Shown: positions 10,052 through 19,694 of the stretch, piece after piece
How positions within the stretch are numbered: position 1 is the first letter of the stretch
Layout: each line of letters opens with the position of its first letter
Assembly (NCBI GenBank): GCA_003602575.1
Contig: QQRY01000055.1
Location: 10,395-74,394 of the forward strand
Length of the DNA stretch: 64,000 nt
From: Candidatus Poseidoniales archaeon
GTDB taxonomy: Archaea > Thermoplasmatota > Poseidoniia > Poseidoniales > Poseidoniaceae
Direction of reading: 5' to 3'
The notes under the pieces: generated by a model
Seen by the model: only the letters and a program-made list of their open reading frames with translations
Told to the model about the DNA's origin: nothing
Databases searched by the model: none
Program-made: the position numbers and the translations under genes

Positions 10052-10489
10052 TGTTATTTCAGCCGTGTGCTTTAGCATGTTAGAAACTGTACAGTATTTT
10101 TCATGACTCTTTTCTACGATTCTTTCTACTAACTTTATTGGAACGTTTCCCCTAATGTGGTATTTCATATGAATAGAGGTAAAGACCCTAGGTGCAGAAT
10201 CTGCTCTTTCACTTTCCATCTCAATCCAAACTTTGTCAAAATCTCTCTGTTTCAACCCCTCCACAACATCTGCTAAAGCACAAGCTCCCATCATTTGTAG
10301 CGTTAGTTGAACTGGAGATGGCCCATTTTCCCAATCAATAGTTATTTTTTGGCCATTCGCATTACTGCACTCTACTAAGTAATCACCAAGCCAATCGACA
10401 CGTCCGTACATATACATCGCACGGGCGGTTGATTCTTGAAGTAAATGCCTGTCGGCTAAACCGATTGCAATGTCTGAAAACAGTATCAA
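10019..10489 (-). CDS. OsmC/Ohr-family peroxiredoxin-like protein
   Basis: [21 protein letters not shown] and [10 protein letters not shown] match the two conserved Cys regions of the OsmC family. The start is TTG at 10489. The next ATG at 10417 would cut into conserved N-terminal strands. Confidence 0.7.
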   Translation of the reverse strand: MILFSDIAIGLADRHLLQESTARAMYMYGRVDWLGDYLVECSNANGQKITIDWENGPSPVQLTLQMMGACALADVVEGLKQRDFDKVWIEMESERADSAPRVFTSIHMKYHIRGNVPIKLVERIVEKSHEKYCTVSNMLKHTAEITSSVEIHTNSS

Positions 10490-11696
10490 TATGGAAAATG
10501 GAGTATTAAAAATCCCAAATAACCCAATAATTCACTATATAGAAGGTGATGGAATTGGAGTAGATATTACTCCTGTAATGATCAAGGTTGTAGATTCTGC
10601 AGTTGAAAAAGCATATCAAGGTCAAAAGAAGATTCAATGGAGCGAGGTTCTTGCTGGCGAGAAAGCATTCAATGCTACCGGAGAGTGGTTACCTGAAGAT
10701 ACTCTAGAAGCTATGAGAACCGGATTGGTTTCTATCAAAGGCCCGCTAACTACTCCAGTTGGCGGGGGTATTCGTTCCCTAAATGTCGCACTTCGTCAGA
10801 AGTTAGACCTGTATGCTTGTGTCAGACCAGTCCGATGGTATGACGGAACTCCTTCCCCTGTAAAATCGCCAGGAGATGTTGATATGATTATCTTTAGAGA
10901 AAATAGCGAGGATGTTTACGCTGGAATTGAATGGGAGGCAGGATCTAAGGAAGTTGCCAAAGTTATTCAATTTCTTCAAGAGGAAATGGGCGTAGAAAAA
11001 ATCCGATTCCCAAATACCTCTGGAATTGGAATTAAGCCAATTTCGCAAGAAGGAACTGCGAGAATAGTTAGGGCTGCTCTTCAATATGCTATCGATAATG
11101 ACAAGCCATCAGTAACGATTGTCCACAAAGGTAACATCATGAAATTCACAGAAGGTGGATTTAGAGACTGGGGGTACCAATTAGCAAAAGATGAATTCGG
11201 AGCTGTCGAACTCGATGGAGGTCCTTGGTGTACTATGAAAAATCCAAATACCGGTAATGAAATTATAATTAAAGACGTTATAGCGGATGCAATGCTTCAA
11301 CAAATAATCACAAGACCTGCAGAATATTCTGTTCTAACAACTATGAATCTTAATGGCGATTATATCTCTGATGCTTTAGCTGCGCAAGTTGGCGGAATTG
11401 GTATCGCACCTGGTGCAAATATCAATTATGACACTGGAATTGCTATTTTTGAAGCAACCCACGGCACTGCGCCTAAGTATGCTGGGCAAGATAAAGTAAA
11501 TCCAGGAAGTTTAATTCTTAGTGCCGAAATGATGTTGCGTCATATGGGCTGGAATGATGCTGCTGATTTAATTGTCAAGGGCATGGAAGGGGCAATTTCT
11601 GCCAAGACTGTAACCTATGACTTTGAAAGATTGATGGGCGATGCAACATTGATGTCATGCAGTGAATTTGGAAACGCTATGATCTCACATATGTGA
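10470..11696 (+). CDS. icd: NADP-dependent isocitrate dehydrogenase
   Basis: Contains [13 protein letters not shown] and the isocitrate/isopropylmalate dehydrogenase signature [26 protein letters not shown]. Length of 408 aa fits a prokaryotic homodimeric IDH. Confidence 0.95.
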   Translation: MSENSINMENGVLKIPNNPIIHYIEGDGIGVDITPVMIKVVDSAVEKAYQGQKKIQWSEVLAGEKAFNATGEWLPEDTLEAMRTGLVSIKGPLTTPVGGGIRSLNVALRQKLDLYACVRPVRWYDGTPSPVKSPGDVDMIIFRENSEDVYAGIEWEAGSKEVAKVIQFLQEEMGVEKIRFPNTSGIGIKPISQEGTARIVRAALQYAIDNDKPSVTIVHKGNIMKFTEGGFRDWGYQLAKDEFGAVELDGGPWCTMKNPNTGNEIIIKDVIADAMLQQIITRPAEYSVLTTMNLNGDYISDALAAQVGGIGIAPGANINYDTGIAIFEATHGTAPKYAGQDKVNPGSLILSAEMMLRHMGWNDAADLIVKGMEGAISAKTVTYDFERLMGDATLMSCSEFGNAMISHM

Positions 11697-11753
11697 GACT
11701 AGTCGTCCGATTTAACTCATTGAAGAAATCGAAATCTACCGAATTGAGGAATT

Positions 11754-14700
11754 TTATATTTCCAACCAAGCATTTAGCATTCTACTATTCTTTACTACGC
11801 CAAAGCCAAAGCGCTCTTCAAATGCCCTTGCAGTTAATGTAAAATCACCATCCCTAGTTGCAACTAAAACGGTACCGAGTCCTTCTAAACATTGTTTGGC
11901 TAAATGAATACAAATCGTCATGATTACTCGATCAGGCGCTTCAGGATAGATCTCTTTACCACCTATCTTAGTTCTTTTTTGCTTACCGCCATGAGCCTTC
12001 TTCATAGCAGTTAACTCATCATAAATGTCACGATAGTCCTGTAAGAATTGTTTTATTTGTTCCTTGTTTTCTGAACTGTTCGAGTCTTCTTCCAATCGTA
12101 TATCAAGTGGTTTCCATTGATTGAAATCACTAATTACTTCATCAACTAATTTCGATAGGTTTTCTTGTTTCACAACTTTATCAAGAATCTCGGGTCTAAC
12201 AAGAGAATTCTTGAATTTATCACGTAATTTTGAAACACCTTTTCCTATCTCTTGTAACTCATGTCTAACTATTTGAGGTAGCCACATACTTATCTTACCA
12301 TCTCTCGCTCTACTGACTAGAACCTTGTGGAATGAATTTTGTTCCGATAAATCGAGACTTGTTTCGCTAGCTAACTCAAGTTGTTGTGATATTTTCTCCA
12401 CCAATGCATCGACAAGAAGATTGGTGTCCACAATCACCAAAGGTGGCAGTGATAGATGTTTGAGATATCTCCTTGAAGAATTAGTAATTTGATATTTATA
12501 TTTTGCAAATAAACTGGTTTCGGAATCTGCCAAAGTCTTAGAGTCTCGAAGTGAAAATTTACCTGAATTTTGAGCTCGTTCAAAGAACATCAATCCTTCA
12601 ACGGGGTTGCTCTCGGCTGCTTCCTTGGCTAAATCATAAACTTCTATCGGTAATGGAGAACTTTGTTGCATAATTGTCATGAATTGCATGTCATATGATC
12701 TACGATTTCTCCTTCTACTCTTGTGAACAGTATTTATTGCAGCAGTAACTCTGCCAGAAAAAGGTTCATGTGGAAGGGTTCTTCTGTGTTCAAATGGATA
12801 ACTTCGCAGAAGGTCTAATTCATCTTCAGCAAAATAGACTCGCTCCTTTTCAATCATCTCTCCTTCTTCATTTTCCTCTTGAACCAATCTCGTTCTTCTA
12901 ACGAAATTTTTGAGCATCTGGGTTGCCTTATCTGTACTTTGTTGATTAGCGGTATAGGATACATTGAGGTAAAGTTGGAATCTTTGAGTAATTGCAGTCT
13001 TCAATGCAGGTTGTTGTTCTAGAAGATTTACCGCTTCACTCCACTGGCCTGCATGAGCCAAATGAATCAATGCTTTACGGTATAAAATTAAAGAGTGTTC
13101 AAAATCAAACTCATCATGTTCTGCTGCTCTTCTATAATCTCTTGCAGCATTTATTTCATCACTCTTATCGGCCGAAACTGCTGCTCTTGAAACTGTGTGC
13201 CAAGGTGACAGAGGGTCGTTGTCTTGATACCAAGAAACTAAAGATTCTAGGCCAATGTCATGTTCGAATATAAGTTGGCTTAGTGAACTAATTATCCTTG
13301 AAGGAATATTATCTCCTTCGACTAGTTTACTCAAGATTTCGACGTTGTCTTTATTTCTAACTCCATGTTGCAAGGTGAGGCGAACATAATTTAGTCTCAA
13401 AGTAGAAATTAATACAGAGAATAATCTAGTTTCCAATTCATCTAAATCGCATTGAGCAACACTAGTGATAAGATGGTCGAGATTTGTCAAAGAAATGGTT
13501 CCGCTTCCACCCTCTTTCAAAGAATGCCTAGCACTCTTTAGTGCTTGATAACCGCGCTTATCTAAAATCGTGAAACTCTCTTCGTCAACACTGCTACCCT
13601 CCATCATCAAAAGCAATGAGTGGCTAGTCGAAGACAAATATTCAGGAGGTTGAGTTGCATGAATTGCAGATAATGCTTCTGACCTAGCACTCTTTGTAGT
13701 GGCTAATAAGTCTGAATCTCCCTTCGCTGCAATCAAATGATATACCAATAATGCCTCATAAGGATGTGCTAATACCAAAACTGGATTTGTTGAAAATAAT
13801 TTTGCTAATCGCTCAAGTTCAAGTGTTTGCGAGTAAATATCGACTGCATTCTCAACGACGTCTTCCCATACCTCGCTATCTTGGTCTTGTAACATATTTA
13901 GTGAAGTCTTAAGAATAGGTTTTGGCATACCTTGAGCCTTGATTATTTCAATTAGACTCGCTTCATCCAAACTAGAGATTTGCCCCTCAAGCCATTGATA
14001 AATTTCATTAGAGTCGATACTGGTGATAACTGGCATTAACTCAGTTAAATTCGCATTTTGGTCAAGAGTTTGTTGTAAAAGTAGTTGTTTTGCTTCTTCA
14101 GTTGCCCCTTCATTATTTAATGCAGAAAGGTAAATCCAAGTCAACTGTTCTATTTTCGAATTATTTTCAGAATTATCTTTAAGCAACTCAATTCCTTTAG
14201 ATAATTCCTCTGAAGATAATTTTATTGCTTGTTCGAGCGGCGTTAATTGCCAAGCTAAATATCTCCTTAAATTCGATAACCCATCTTCGGCTTTTACAGA
14301 AATAGTTCTATTCCAATCTTTGACTTCGCCGTTTATGAGGTTTGATAAATCGGTAAATTCAGATGCCAAGTCTGAGTCAATTTTACTTAATTCTTTTACC
14401 GACTTAGTAATGTCTTTTTGAGACGCTAAAGCGATTAAAACTGATATTATAGACGCTTTTCCTTTGAGTTCTAAAAGTTGACTTGAAGGGGCTAATGTTC
14501 TTCTAGATTTAATTTGTGAGATTACTTTTTGCAAAGCAACCTGTGTTTCTGCATCTTCACAAAGTGAACTAAAGTTATCTAGTGATTCAAGAATTTTTCC
14601 TGAATCATTGATGTCTATTCTTGCTTTAGAGAGATCTGCTTTCTTGCTTGACTTCTTCTGCTTTTTCTTAGAAATTGGATAACTTTCGAATTGCCCAAGT

Positions 14701-15197
14701 AGCGGCGTGTGTTTAGCCAATTTTATCCAAGTTTCACTGACGCCATTTTCTAGACAAAAGTCACGGAGTTTATTTTCTTCAGAACCGTATTCCTCTTTCC
14801 AATCTCCTCTTTTCAATTGTTTATTGATGAGTATTACTGCCAAACGGAAAACTTCGCTATGTTCGGCATCCAACATTATGTCTTCAAGAGAGGGTAGCCA
14901 GTCTAGAGGACTTTGTGCCCCTCCACCACGCGTTCTTCTCCTACTGCCTCTGTGTTGTCGAGACATGGAGGGTTTGTCATCATCGTCGCCTGGGGGTTCT
15001 ATCTCTTCCATTGCTATGTAAACTAAACTTCGCCAAGGCTTCTCTAGCATAGTCCAATCAGCTGTTTTAGCAACAACTCTGCGGCGCTGAGGCTTTGGAA
15101 CATTCGCTTTGAAAGCGACCTCCAAACATTTTGCCATATGCTCTAGTTGCAGTGATATCACTCCGGTAAATTGAACGCGTGGACTCTCGGACTTCAA
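11754..15197 (-). CDS. Large (about 1130-1147 aa) helical-repeat protein with a C-terminal PIN-domain nuclease
   Basis: The last ~230 aa carry the four PIN acidic positions in order: LVIVDTNLLVD, VRHELQEIG, EAPDRVIM and VLVATRDGDFT. The N-terminal ~900 aa are Leu/Glu/Ser-rich and predicted helical, with Arg-rich patches (RGSRRRTRGGG, KSRRRNRRS). The start is ambiguous between TTG at 15197 and ATG at 15137. Confidence 0.7.
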   Translation of the reverse strand: MKSESPRVQFTGVISLQLEHMAKCLEVAFKANVPKPQRRRVVAKTADWTMLEKPWRSLVYIAMEEIEPPGDDDDKPSMSRQHRGSRRRTRGGGAQSPLDWLPSLEDIMLDAEHSEVFRLAVILINKQLKRGDWKEEYGSEENKLRDFCLENGVSETWIKLAKHTPLLGQFESYPISKKKQKKSSKKADLSKARIDINDSGKILESLDNFSSLCEDAETQVALQKVISQIKSRRTLAPSSQLLELKGKASIISVLIALASQKDITKSVKELSKIDSDLASEFTDLSNLINGEVKDWNRTISVKAEDGLSNLRRYLAWQLTPLEQAIKLSSEELSKGIELLKDNSENNSKIEQLTWIYLSALNNEGATEEAKQLLLQQTLDQNANLTELMPVITSIDSNEIYQWLEGQISSLDEASLIEIIKAQGMPKPILKTSLNMLQDQDSEVWEDVVENAVDIYSQTLELERLAKLFSTNPVLVLAHPYEALLVYHLIAAKGDSDLLATTKSARSEALSAIHATQPPEYLSSTSHSLLLMMEGSSVDEESFTILDKRGYQALKSARHSLKEGGSGTISLTNLDHLITSVAQCDLDELETRLFSVLISTLRLNYVRLTLQHGVRNKDNVEILSKLVEGDNIPSRIISSLSQLIFEHDIGLESLVSWYQDNDPLSPWHTVSRAAVSADKSDEINAARDYRRAAEHDEFDFEHSLILYRKALIHLAHAGQWSEAVNLLEQQPALKTAITQRFQLYLNVSYTANQQSTDKATQMLKNFVRRTRLVQEENEEGEMIEKERVYFAEDELDLLRSYPFEHRRTLPHEPFSGRVTAAINTVHKSRRRNRRSYDMQFMTIMQQSSPLPIEVYDLAKEAAESNPVEGLMFFERAQNSGKFSLRDSKTLADSETSLFAKYKYQITNSSRRYLKHLSLPPLVIVDTNLLVDALVEKISQQLELASETSLDLSEQNSFHKVLVSRARDGKISMWLPQIVRHELQEIGKGVSKLRDKFKNSLVRPEILDKVVKQENLSKLVDEVISDFNQWKPLDIRLEEDSNSSENKEQIKQFLQDYRDIYDELTAMKKAHGGKQKRTKIGGKEIYPEAPDRVIMTICIHLAKQCLEGLGTVLVATRDGDFTLTARAFEERFGFGVVKNSRMLNAWLEI

Positions 15198-15293
15198 CCC
15201 ACCGGCAAAACGACTGAAAATTAATGCTGAAAAGTTAAATTTTGAACTGCCAATATAATCTATGACTACCCTCTGGCACTGAGTAGTGGTAAA

Positions 15294-15764
15294 TTGGACA
15301 TAGTGAGAAATCTAGCATTACTCGCTCATCCTTTACTCGCCTGTGGCTTAATTTTTTGGATTTGGATACAATACTCTTGGCGGAAAAAGAGTACTTTGCT
15401 AAGCGGTGAAGAAAGAAAGAATGCCTTGGAACAACATGAAAAAATGGGTAATCGATTGGTTTGGGCCACATTAATTGTAATTTTAGTGGCTTTTATTGGA
15501 AAGGCAATCGCTGGATGGCGTACGAATGGAGATGTTTTCTCTGAAATTTGGCCAACCAATCTTCATGGTTTTATGGGCCCGCTTGGATTTATTCTTTTAG
15601 TTGTCTTAGCAAGGCTCGGTAAGCAAGCAAGAGCGGCAAGAATCGCTGGTGAAAAATTCACGCACCTGAAATTAAAGCATGGTAGGGCTGCTGATTTCAT
15701 AATCATAATTGCAGTTATACACGCTTTCTTGGGCTTCTTATACTTATTTTCAGTCCTTGGTTAA
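15294..15764 (+). CDS. Small integral membrane protein (4 predicted TM helices)
   Basis: 156-aa ORF with four hydrophobic segments, for example LALLAHPLLACGLIFWIWI and FIIIIAVIHAFLGFLYLFSVL. No confident family assignment. Confidence 0.55.
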   Translation: MDIVRNLALLAHPLLACGLIFWIWIQYSWRKKSTLLSGEERKNALEQHEKMGNRLVWATLIVILVAFIGKAIAGWRTNGDVFSEIWPTNLHGFMGPLGFILLVVLARLGKQARAARIAGEKFTHLKLKHGRAADFIIIIAVIHAFLGFLYLFSVLG

Positions 15765-16733
15765 TGCTAACTCTGACTCACGATTAGTCCACATGTTTAA
15801 CCAATGTTCCAAATTTGATTCCAAGCCTGGCTGTTGAACTCTACATCCACAGGCGTTGACATGCCCGCCTCCTGAAGGGTCCAAAGCGGTGGCCATTCGC
15901 GACAAATCATACCTATCTTGTCCATTTTCTAGAAATGAGTTGGCATAAAAACTTGCAGATAATGGCGGCCTTCTAGGGTCATCTAAAGTACCATCTTCAT
16001 ACCCATGTATTATACAACAAGCGTCTGCTTTATCTCCCGCCCAAGCGGTGACAAGGTATCCATTAGAATGGAATCCAGAATTATCTAACCTACATAATGC
16101 CAGTCTGTCAATTATTTTTGTATTATTCGAGATATACTCTTCGATTAGTTTTCTTTCGTTGGCGACTTTACTAACCTGTTTTGATACTTTTTTATCCGAT
16201 AATATTTGTGATATCGACTTCTTAGAAGCAAAAAGTCCCAATAAATGCTGCATATATTCCTCTTCTCTCAAAGATAACGTTCGTGATAGTTGTAATACAG
16301 GACTATCTGCAAGAAATTCTTGGAGAGATATTTTTCCTGAATCCAATGCATCTACAATTGGCATTATTTCTTCAAGATGGGAGAGGTCAATTGACTTTGC
16401 AAGAAGGTCGTAGGCGACTCTAGCTGCCGAGGGTGATGCCTCCCAATTACAAACGCCGCCAGACTGGATGAAGTCGTCCTCTTCCTCACCAGTTGGACGA
16501 TTTGTTTGATGGTGATCTAAATACCATCCACAATTTGGATGAAATGGTAAATCTACCATTGCAGTAGATTTCGTTATCAAATTATCAATTTTGCCAGATC
16601 GGACTAAAGCGGCATGAGAAAAAATAACTTCGGCTTCTGGATTATATGTTTTCAGAACTGCTGCTGCGCATAGACCATCTAGGTCTGAATCAGCAATAAT
16701 TCGGTCAAATGAAGGGATGTTGATTCCGTCCAT
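15750..16733 (-). CDS. DHH/DHHA1-family phosphoesterase (NrnA/RecJ-like)
   Basis: Motifs ADSDLDGLCAAAVL, YLDHHQTN and DHHA1-type GGGHVNACGCRV. The ORF-track N-terminus up to 17045 is Ser/Cys-rich, lies antisense to the Nudix gene and is probably not translated. An ATG at 16733 (or 16796) precedes the DHH core. Confidence 0.75.
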   Translation of the reverse strand: MDGINIPSFDRIIADSDLDGLCAAAVLKTYNPEAEVIFSHAALVRSGKIDNLITKSTAMVDLPFHPNCGWYLDHHQTNRPTGEEEDDFIQSGGVCNWEASPSAARVAYDLLAKSIDLSHLEEIMPIVDALDSGKISLQEFLADSPVLQLSRTLSLREEEYMQHLLGLFASKKSISQILSDKKVSKQVSKVANERKLIEEYISNNTKIIDRLALCRLDNSGFHSNGYLVTAWAGDKADACCIIHGYEDGTLDDPRRPPLSASFYANSFLENGQDRYDLSRMATALDPSGGGHVNACGCRVQQPGLESNLEHWLNMWTNRESELALTKD

Positions 16734-16821
16734 GATATCCAGTCCTGATGGATTTAGGCCAAGTAGTTTCTCGACAAAAATAGGGAAAACACACATGACC
16801 AACGACAGGTTGGAGTTGTAC

Positions 16822-17232
16822 ATGGAGACCTCCTGTGGAGTAGTCCTAGTCAATCTAGGAACAGTATTATTATTGCAATATCCACAAGGACACTGGGATT
16901 TACCAAAAGGACATATTGAAGATACTGACTTAGATAACTTTGAAACTGCTAAACGAGAATTAAGTGAAGAAACCGGTATAATGGACTTCGAATTTGTTGA
17001 TGGTTTCGAATTTCGTACACAGTATGAATTCAAGCATAAGGGCAAATTACGTAGTAAGCAAGTATTTTGGTACTTGGCAACTACAGAAAAAATTTCTATT
17101 TCTTTATCGAAGGAGCATAGGGATTATATGTGGCTAGATTGGCCACAAGCGATTGAATTAGTGACTCACGATGAAACAAAGGGAGTAATCACAACTGCTC
17201 ATGATTTTATGAAAGAGATTGGGCTAGATTAG
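16822..17232 (+). CDS. Nudix hydrolase
   Basis: Nudix box core GHWDLPKGH...AKRELSEETGI. The ATG at 16822 follows GGAG and begins the conserved fold (METSCGVVLV). The ORF-track start at 16717 overlaps the DHH gene. Confidence 0.85.
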   Translation: METSCGVVLVNLGTVLLLQYPQGHWDLPKGHIEDTDLDNFETAKRELSEETGIMDFEFVDGFEFRTQYEFKHKGKLRSKQVFWYLATTEKISISLSKEHRDYMWLDWPQAIELVTHDETKGVITTAHDFMKEIGLD

Positions 17233-17936
17233 TCGATCATCGAAAATTCATCATCGTTAGAGTTGAATTTTTTTATTATATCTACAACGCCTTCTACTTG
17301 CTCTCTTTTTGCTAGTGGTTTCCAAATAGTTTCATCATTACCCAAACTAAAACTAACCCATCTCCCAAGTACAAAAAGCCAATCGGAAAGTCTGTTCACA
17401 TAAATTAATGCCAACTTGCGTACAGAATCTTCACCTTCGCTTTCAATCAATCTAACCATCGACCGCTCCAGTCTTCTAGTCACAGTCCTAGAAAAGTGAA
17501 TCATGGCCTCTGGACCTTGCCCCGAAGGCAAAATGAAATTTCGTAAAGGCTCTAGATGCTCTTGCCATGCATCCATCTCACTTAGTAATAAATCAGATTG
17601 TAATTCATTTATCAATTCCATATATTCGGGCAACTCACTAGGTAGACAAGCTAGTTCTGCACCTAAATCAAATAATTCATTTTGTATGCGAGACAATGCT
17701 GAATTCACCACACTCTTAACTCTCTTAGTACTGCTACTTTGCCCCCCATCATCATGACTCTGAAGCCTATTGCATTCCATTATGATTAAACCTAAAGTAG
17801 CATTTAATTCGTCACATGTTCCGACTACTTCGAATCTCAAATGCGATTTTTTGTGTCGTGAACCGTCTACAAATGCAGATGTACCATCGTCCCCAGTTCC
17901 AGTGTAAACACGAGTTATTCGAACCAAAATAGTCAC
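17229..17936 (-). CDS. ATP:cob(I)alamin adenosyltransferase, PduO type
   Basis: The N-terminal VYTGTGDDGTSAF...K...RFEVVGTCDELNATLG matches the PduO-type signature. The C-terminal LSDWLFVL helix is also present. GTG start. Confidence 0.85.
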   Translation of the reverse strand: MTILVRITRVYTGTGDDGTSAFVDGSRHKKSHLRFEVVGTCDELNATLGLIIMECNRLQSHDDGGQSSSTKRVKSVVNSALSRIQNELFDLGAELACLPSELPEYMELINELQSDLLLSEMDAWQEHLEPLRNFILPSGQGPEAMIHFSRTVTRRLERSMVRLIESEGEDSVRKLALIYVNRLSDWLFVLGRWVSFSLGNDETIWKPLAKREQVEGVVDIIKKFNSNDDEFSMID

Positions 17937-17956
17937 TCCGAGTAAATAGTCCCAAG

Positions 17957-18442
17957 TTATGCTTCTATGAGTGGTTTACGGGTCAGATATGTTGCATTAG
18001 TATGGTGATACCATTCTATATCCTCTTCACCAAAACACCAAGAATAGAGGGCAATCTCTCCATCGACAACGCCATACCATTCTAGCCTACCTGGCTCTAA
18101 TGATGCAACTCTAGCTCCCGTCAATGATAATTTTGAAGAAATTATTTGCCAATTTCTAATTGTAGTAGCAAGTGTGTCGGCGACTTCTACAACATGTTCA
18201 TGTTCCGGCTCCAGATCTTCCAATAAGATCTCAATTTCCTCTGTTAAATCGTGAGCATAATCATTCATTACTTGCAGTTCAATCAATAACTGCTTTGCTT
18301 CAGACAAACTTTCTCTAGCCTGTTCAATAGTTACTAAATGAGCGTTATGGGGCAATGATTGCGCCATTTCTTCGCTATCCTCTAGCATACTAATTTCCAT
18401 AGGTCGTCCAGAAAATAGTGGTGTATTACTTTCATCTGCCAC
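17957..18442 (-). CDS. Hypothetical protein (possibly DUF2203-like)
   Basis: GTG start preceded by GAGGA. The N-terminal half is coiled-coil, and the C-terminal YSWCFGEEDIEWYH resembles the conserved block I recall for DUF2203. This is a low-confidence family call. Confidence 0.45.
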   Translation of the reverse strand: MADESNTPLFSGRPMEISMLEDSEEMAQSLPHNAHLVTIEQARESLSEAKQLLIELQVMNDYAHDLTEEIEILLEDLEPEHEHVVEVADTLATTIRNWQIISSKLSLTGARVASLEPGRLEWYGVVDGEIALYSWCFGEEDIEWYHHTNATYLTRKPLIEA

Positions 18443-18528
18443 AATCCTCTTTCAACGAGACAGGTCTTGAACTCATCGCCTGTTAGAGAGAGAATAATGC
18501 ATTTTGATTATTTTTTTGAAAACTCCGT

Positions 18529-18801
18529 TCATGCAGTGACGACTGGTCTTGAATCGAACTTTTTCAATACCTTCTTGCCTATGAAGCCGCCAAGGAAAAG
18601 CCACATTGCAATCTCGATAAATATAGCAATATAGTACACAGGCCCTAAGGATTTGAGCATCGAAATACCATCATATGGAAGTCCATATGCGATTATGTAA
18701 GCTAATTGAGAAAGTAAATTTGAACAAAACCATACTATGAATACAAACCATCCAAAATTAGTCCATTTTTTACTTCTAATGCTGTCATTTTCCCCGTCCA
18801 T
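18529..18801 (-). CDS. Small membrane protein (90 aa, 2-3 TM helices)
   Basis: ATG-initiated ORF with hydrophobic segments FGWFVFIVWFCSNLL and VYYIAIFIEIAMWLFLGGFIG. Confidence 0.5.
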   Translation of the reverse strand: MDGENDSIRSKKWTNFGWFVFIVWFCSNLLSQLAYIIAYGLPYDGISMLKSLGPVYYIAIFIEIAMWLFLGGFIGKKVLKKFDSRPVVTA

Positions 18802-18866
18802 AATACTAATTGGTTTTTTATCTTATTAATTGCTTTGTTTTTTTGTGTAGAAAAATTCTCTAAATT

Positions 18867-18900
18867 AACATAATGTGTAAAATAAATTCCGCATTATGTT
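18867..18900. other. Inverted repeat / hairpin in an AT-rich spacer
   Basis: AACATAATGTG pairs with CGCATTATGTT over 11 positions, with one T:G position, across a 12-nt A/T-rich loop. It lies between two co-directional minus-strand genes, and T-tracts flank it on the minus-strand transcript. Confidence 0.35.
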
Positions 18901-18922
18901 ATAAAAAGTCAAAATCATAGAG

Positions 18923-19648
18923 TTAGTTTGTGTTTATCGAGGATAAACTTGTTTCGATCGCTTCAATCCATTCTTTAGCAACTGCCTCTTCTCCGCCAGA
19001 ATCAATAAGTGCTTCATACCACTTTTCTACCTCCTCATCATTACCAAGAAATTGATTTATCCTATGCAAGGCTACGTATGCCATTGGATTGAGATGTTCC
19101 TCATCTACGTCCCATGCTTTCTCAAAGCAAGCTAAAGCTCCGTGTGGCCCTGATATCTGCCCCCGATTTAATGCTACAATCCCAGCTTGGCTCCATGCAA
19201 GAGGTAATCTTCCTATTAGCAATCCTCGAAAAACCAGCCATACTTGACCGCCGGATAATACTACTAAAGCAAGGAATCCAGACCACTGTTCCATCGTATT
19301 TAGAGTGGACCAAGTTTGAATCATTAGTCCACCAACTCCAACAGAGAAAAGGAAACCTGACATTGGAGCAACCAAAACTTCACGCCTGGTTCTTAACATG
19401 TGATGAACTCCAAACAACAATCCAAACGCCCCAATTAGTGACAGGAATGTCAAATGCCCATTGACGGTTGCTGGCCTCGGGGCTGTTTGTCCAAGAAGAA
19501 ATAGGCAAGCCATCATCAAAATTAGTATTCCTAACTTTCTAGAAGGTGCTGGAAATGGTTGACTCTTAGAGCCAAAGTACAATATTAAACCGATGACAAA
19601 TTCGAAAAGAATTAGTATCCAACGAGTTGACGACTCTTCGAAAAACAT
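18923..19648 (-). CDS. Membrane protein with a soluble helical C-terminal domain
   Basis: 241 aa with about five hydrophobic helices, followed by the TPR-like tail CFEKAWDVDEEHLNPMAYVALHRINQFLGNDEEVEKWYEALI. Confidence 0.55.
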   Translation of the reverse strand: MFFEESSTRWILILFEFVIGLILYFGSKSQPFPAPSRKLGILILMMACLFLLGQTAPRPATVNGHLTFLSLIGAFGLLFGVHHMLRTRREVLVAPMSGFLFSVGVGGLMIQTWSTLNTMEQWSGFLALVVLSGGQVWLVFRGLLIGRLPLAWSQAGIVALNRGQISGPHGALACFEKAWDVDEEHLNPMAYVALHRINQFLGNDEEVEKWYEALIDSGGEEAVAKEWIEAIETSLSSINTN

Positions 19649-19694
19649 CTTGCTCCCACATTGTGCGACTTATCAAGCATTTTTGATTATTTGC

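Noticed and set aside
16734-17045. N-terminal 104-residue extension of the DHH phosphoesterase ORF in the ORF track
   Set aside because: The extension is Ser/Cys/Asn-rich and lies antisense to the conserved Nudix gene. The DHH motif I begins only 13 residues after the Met at 16733.
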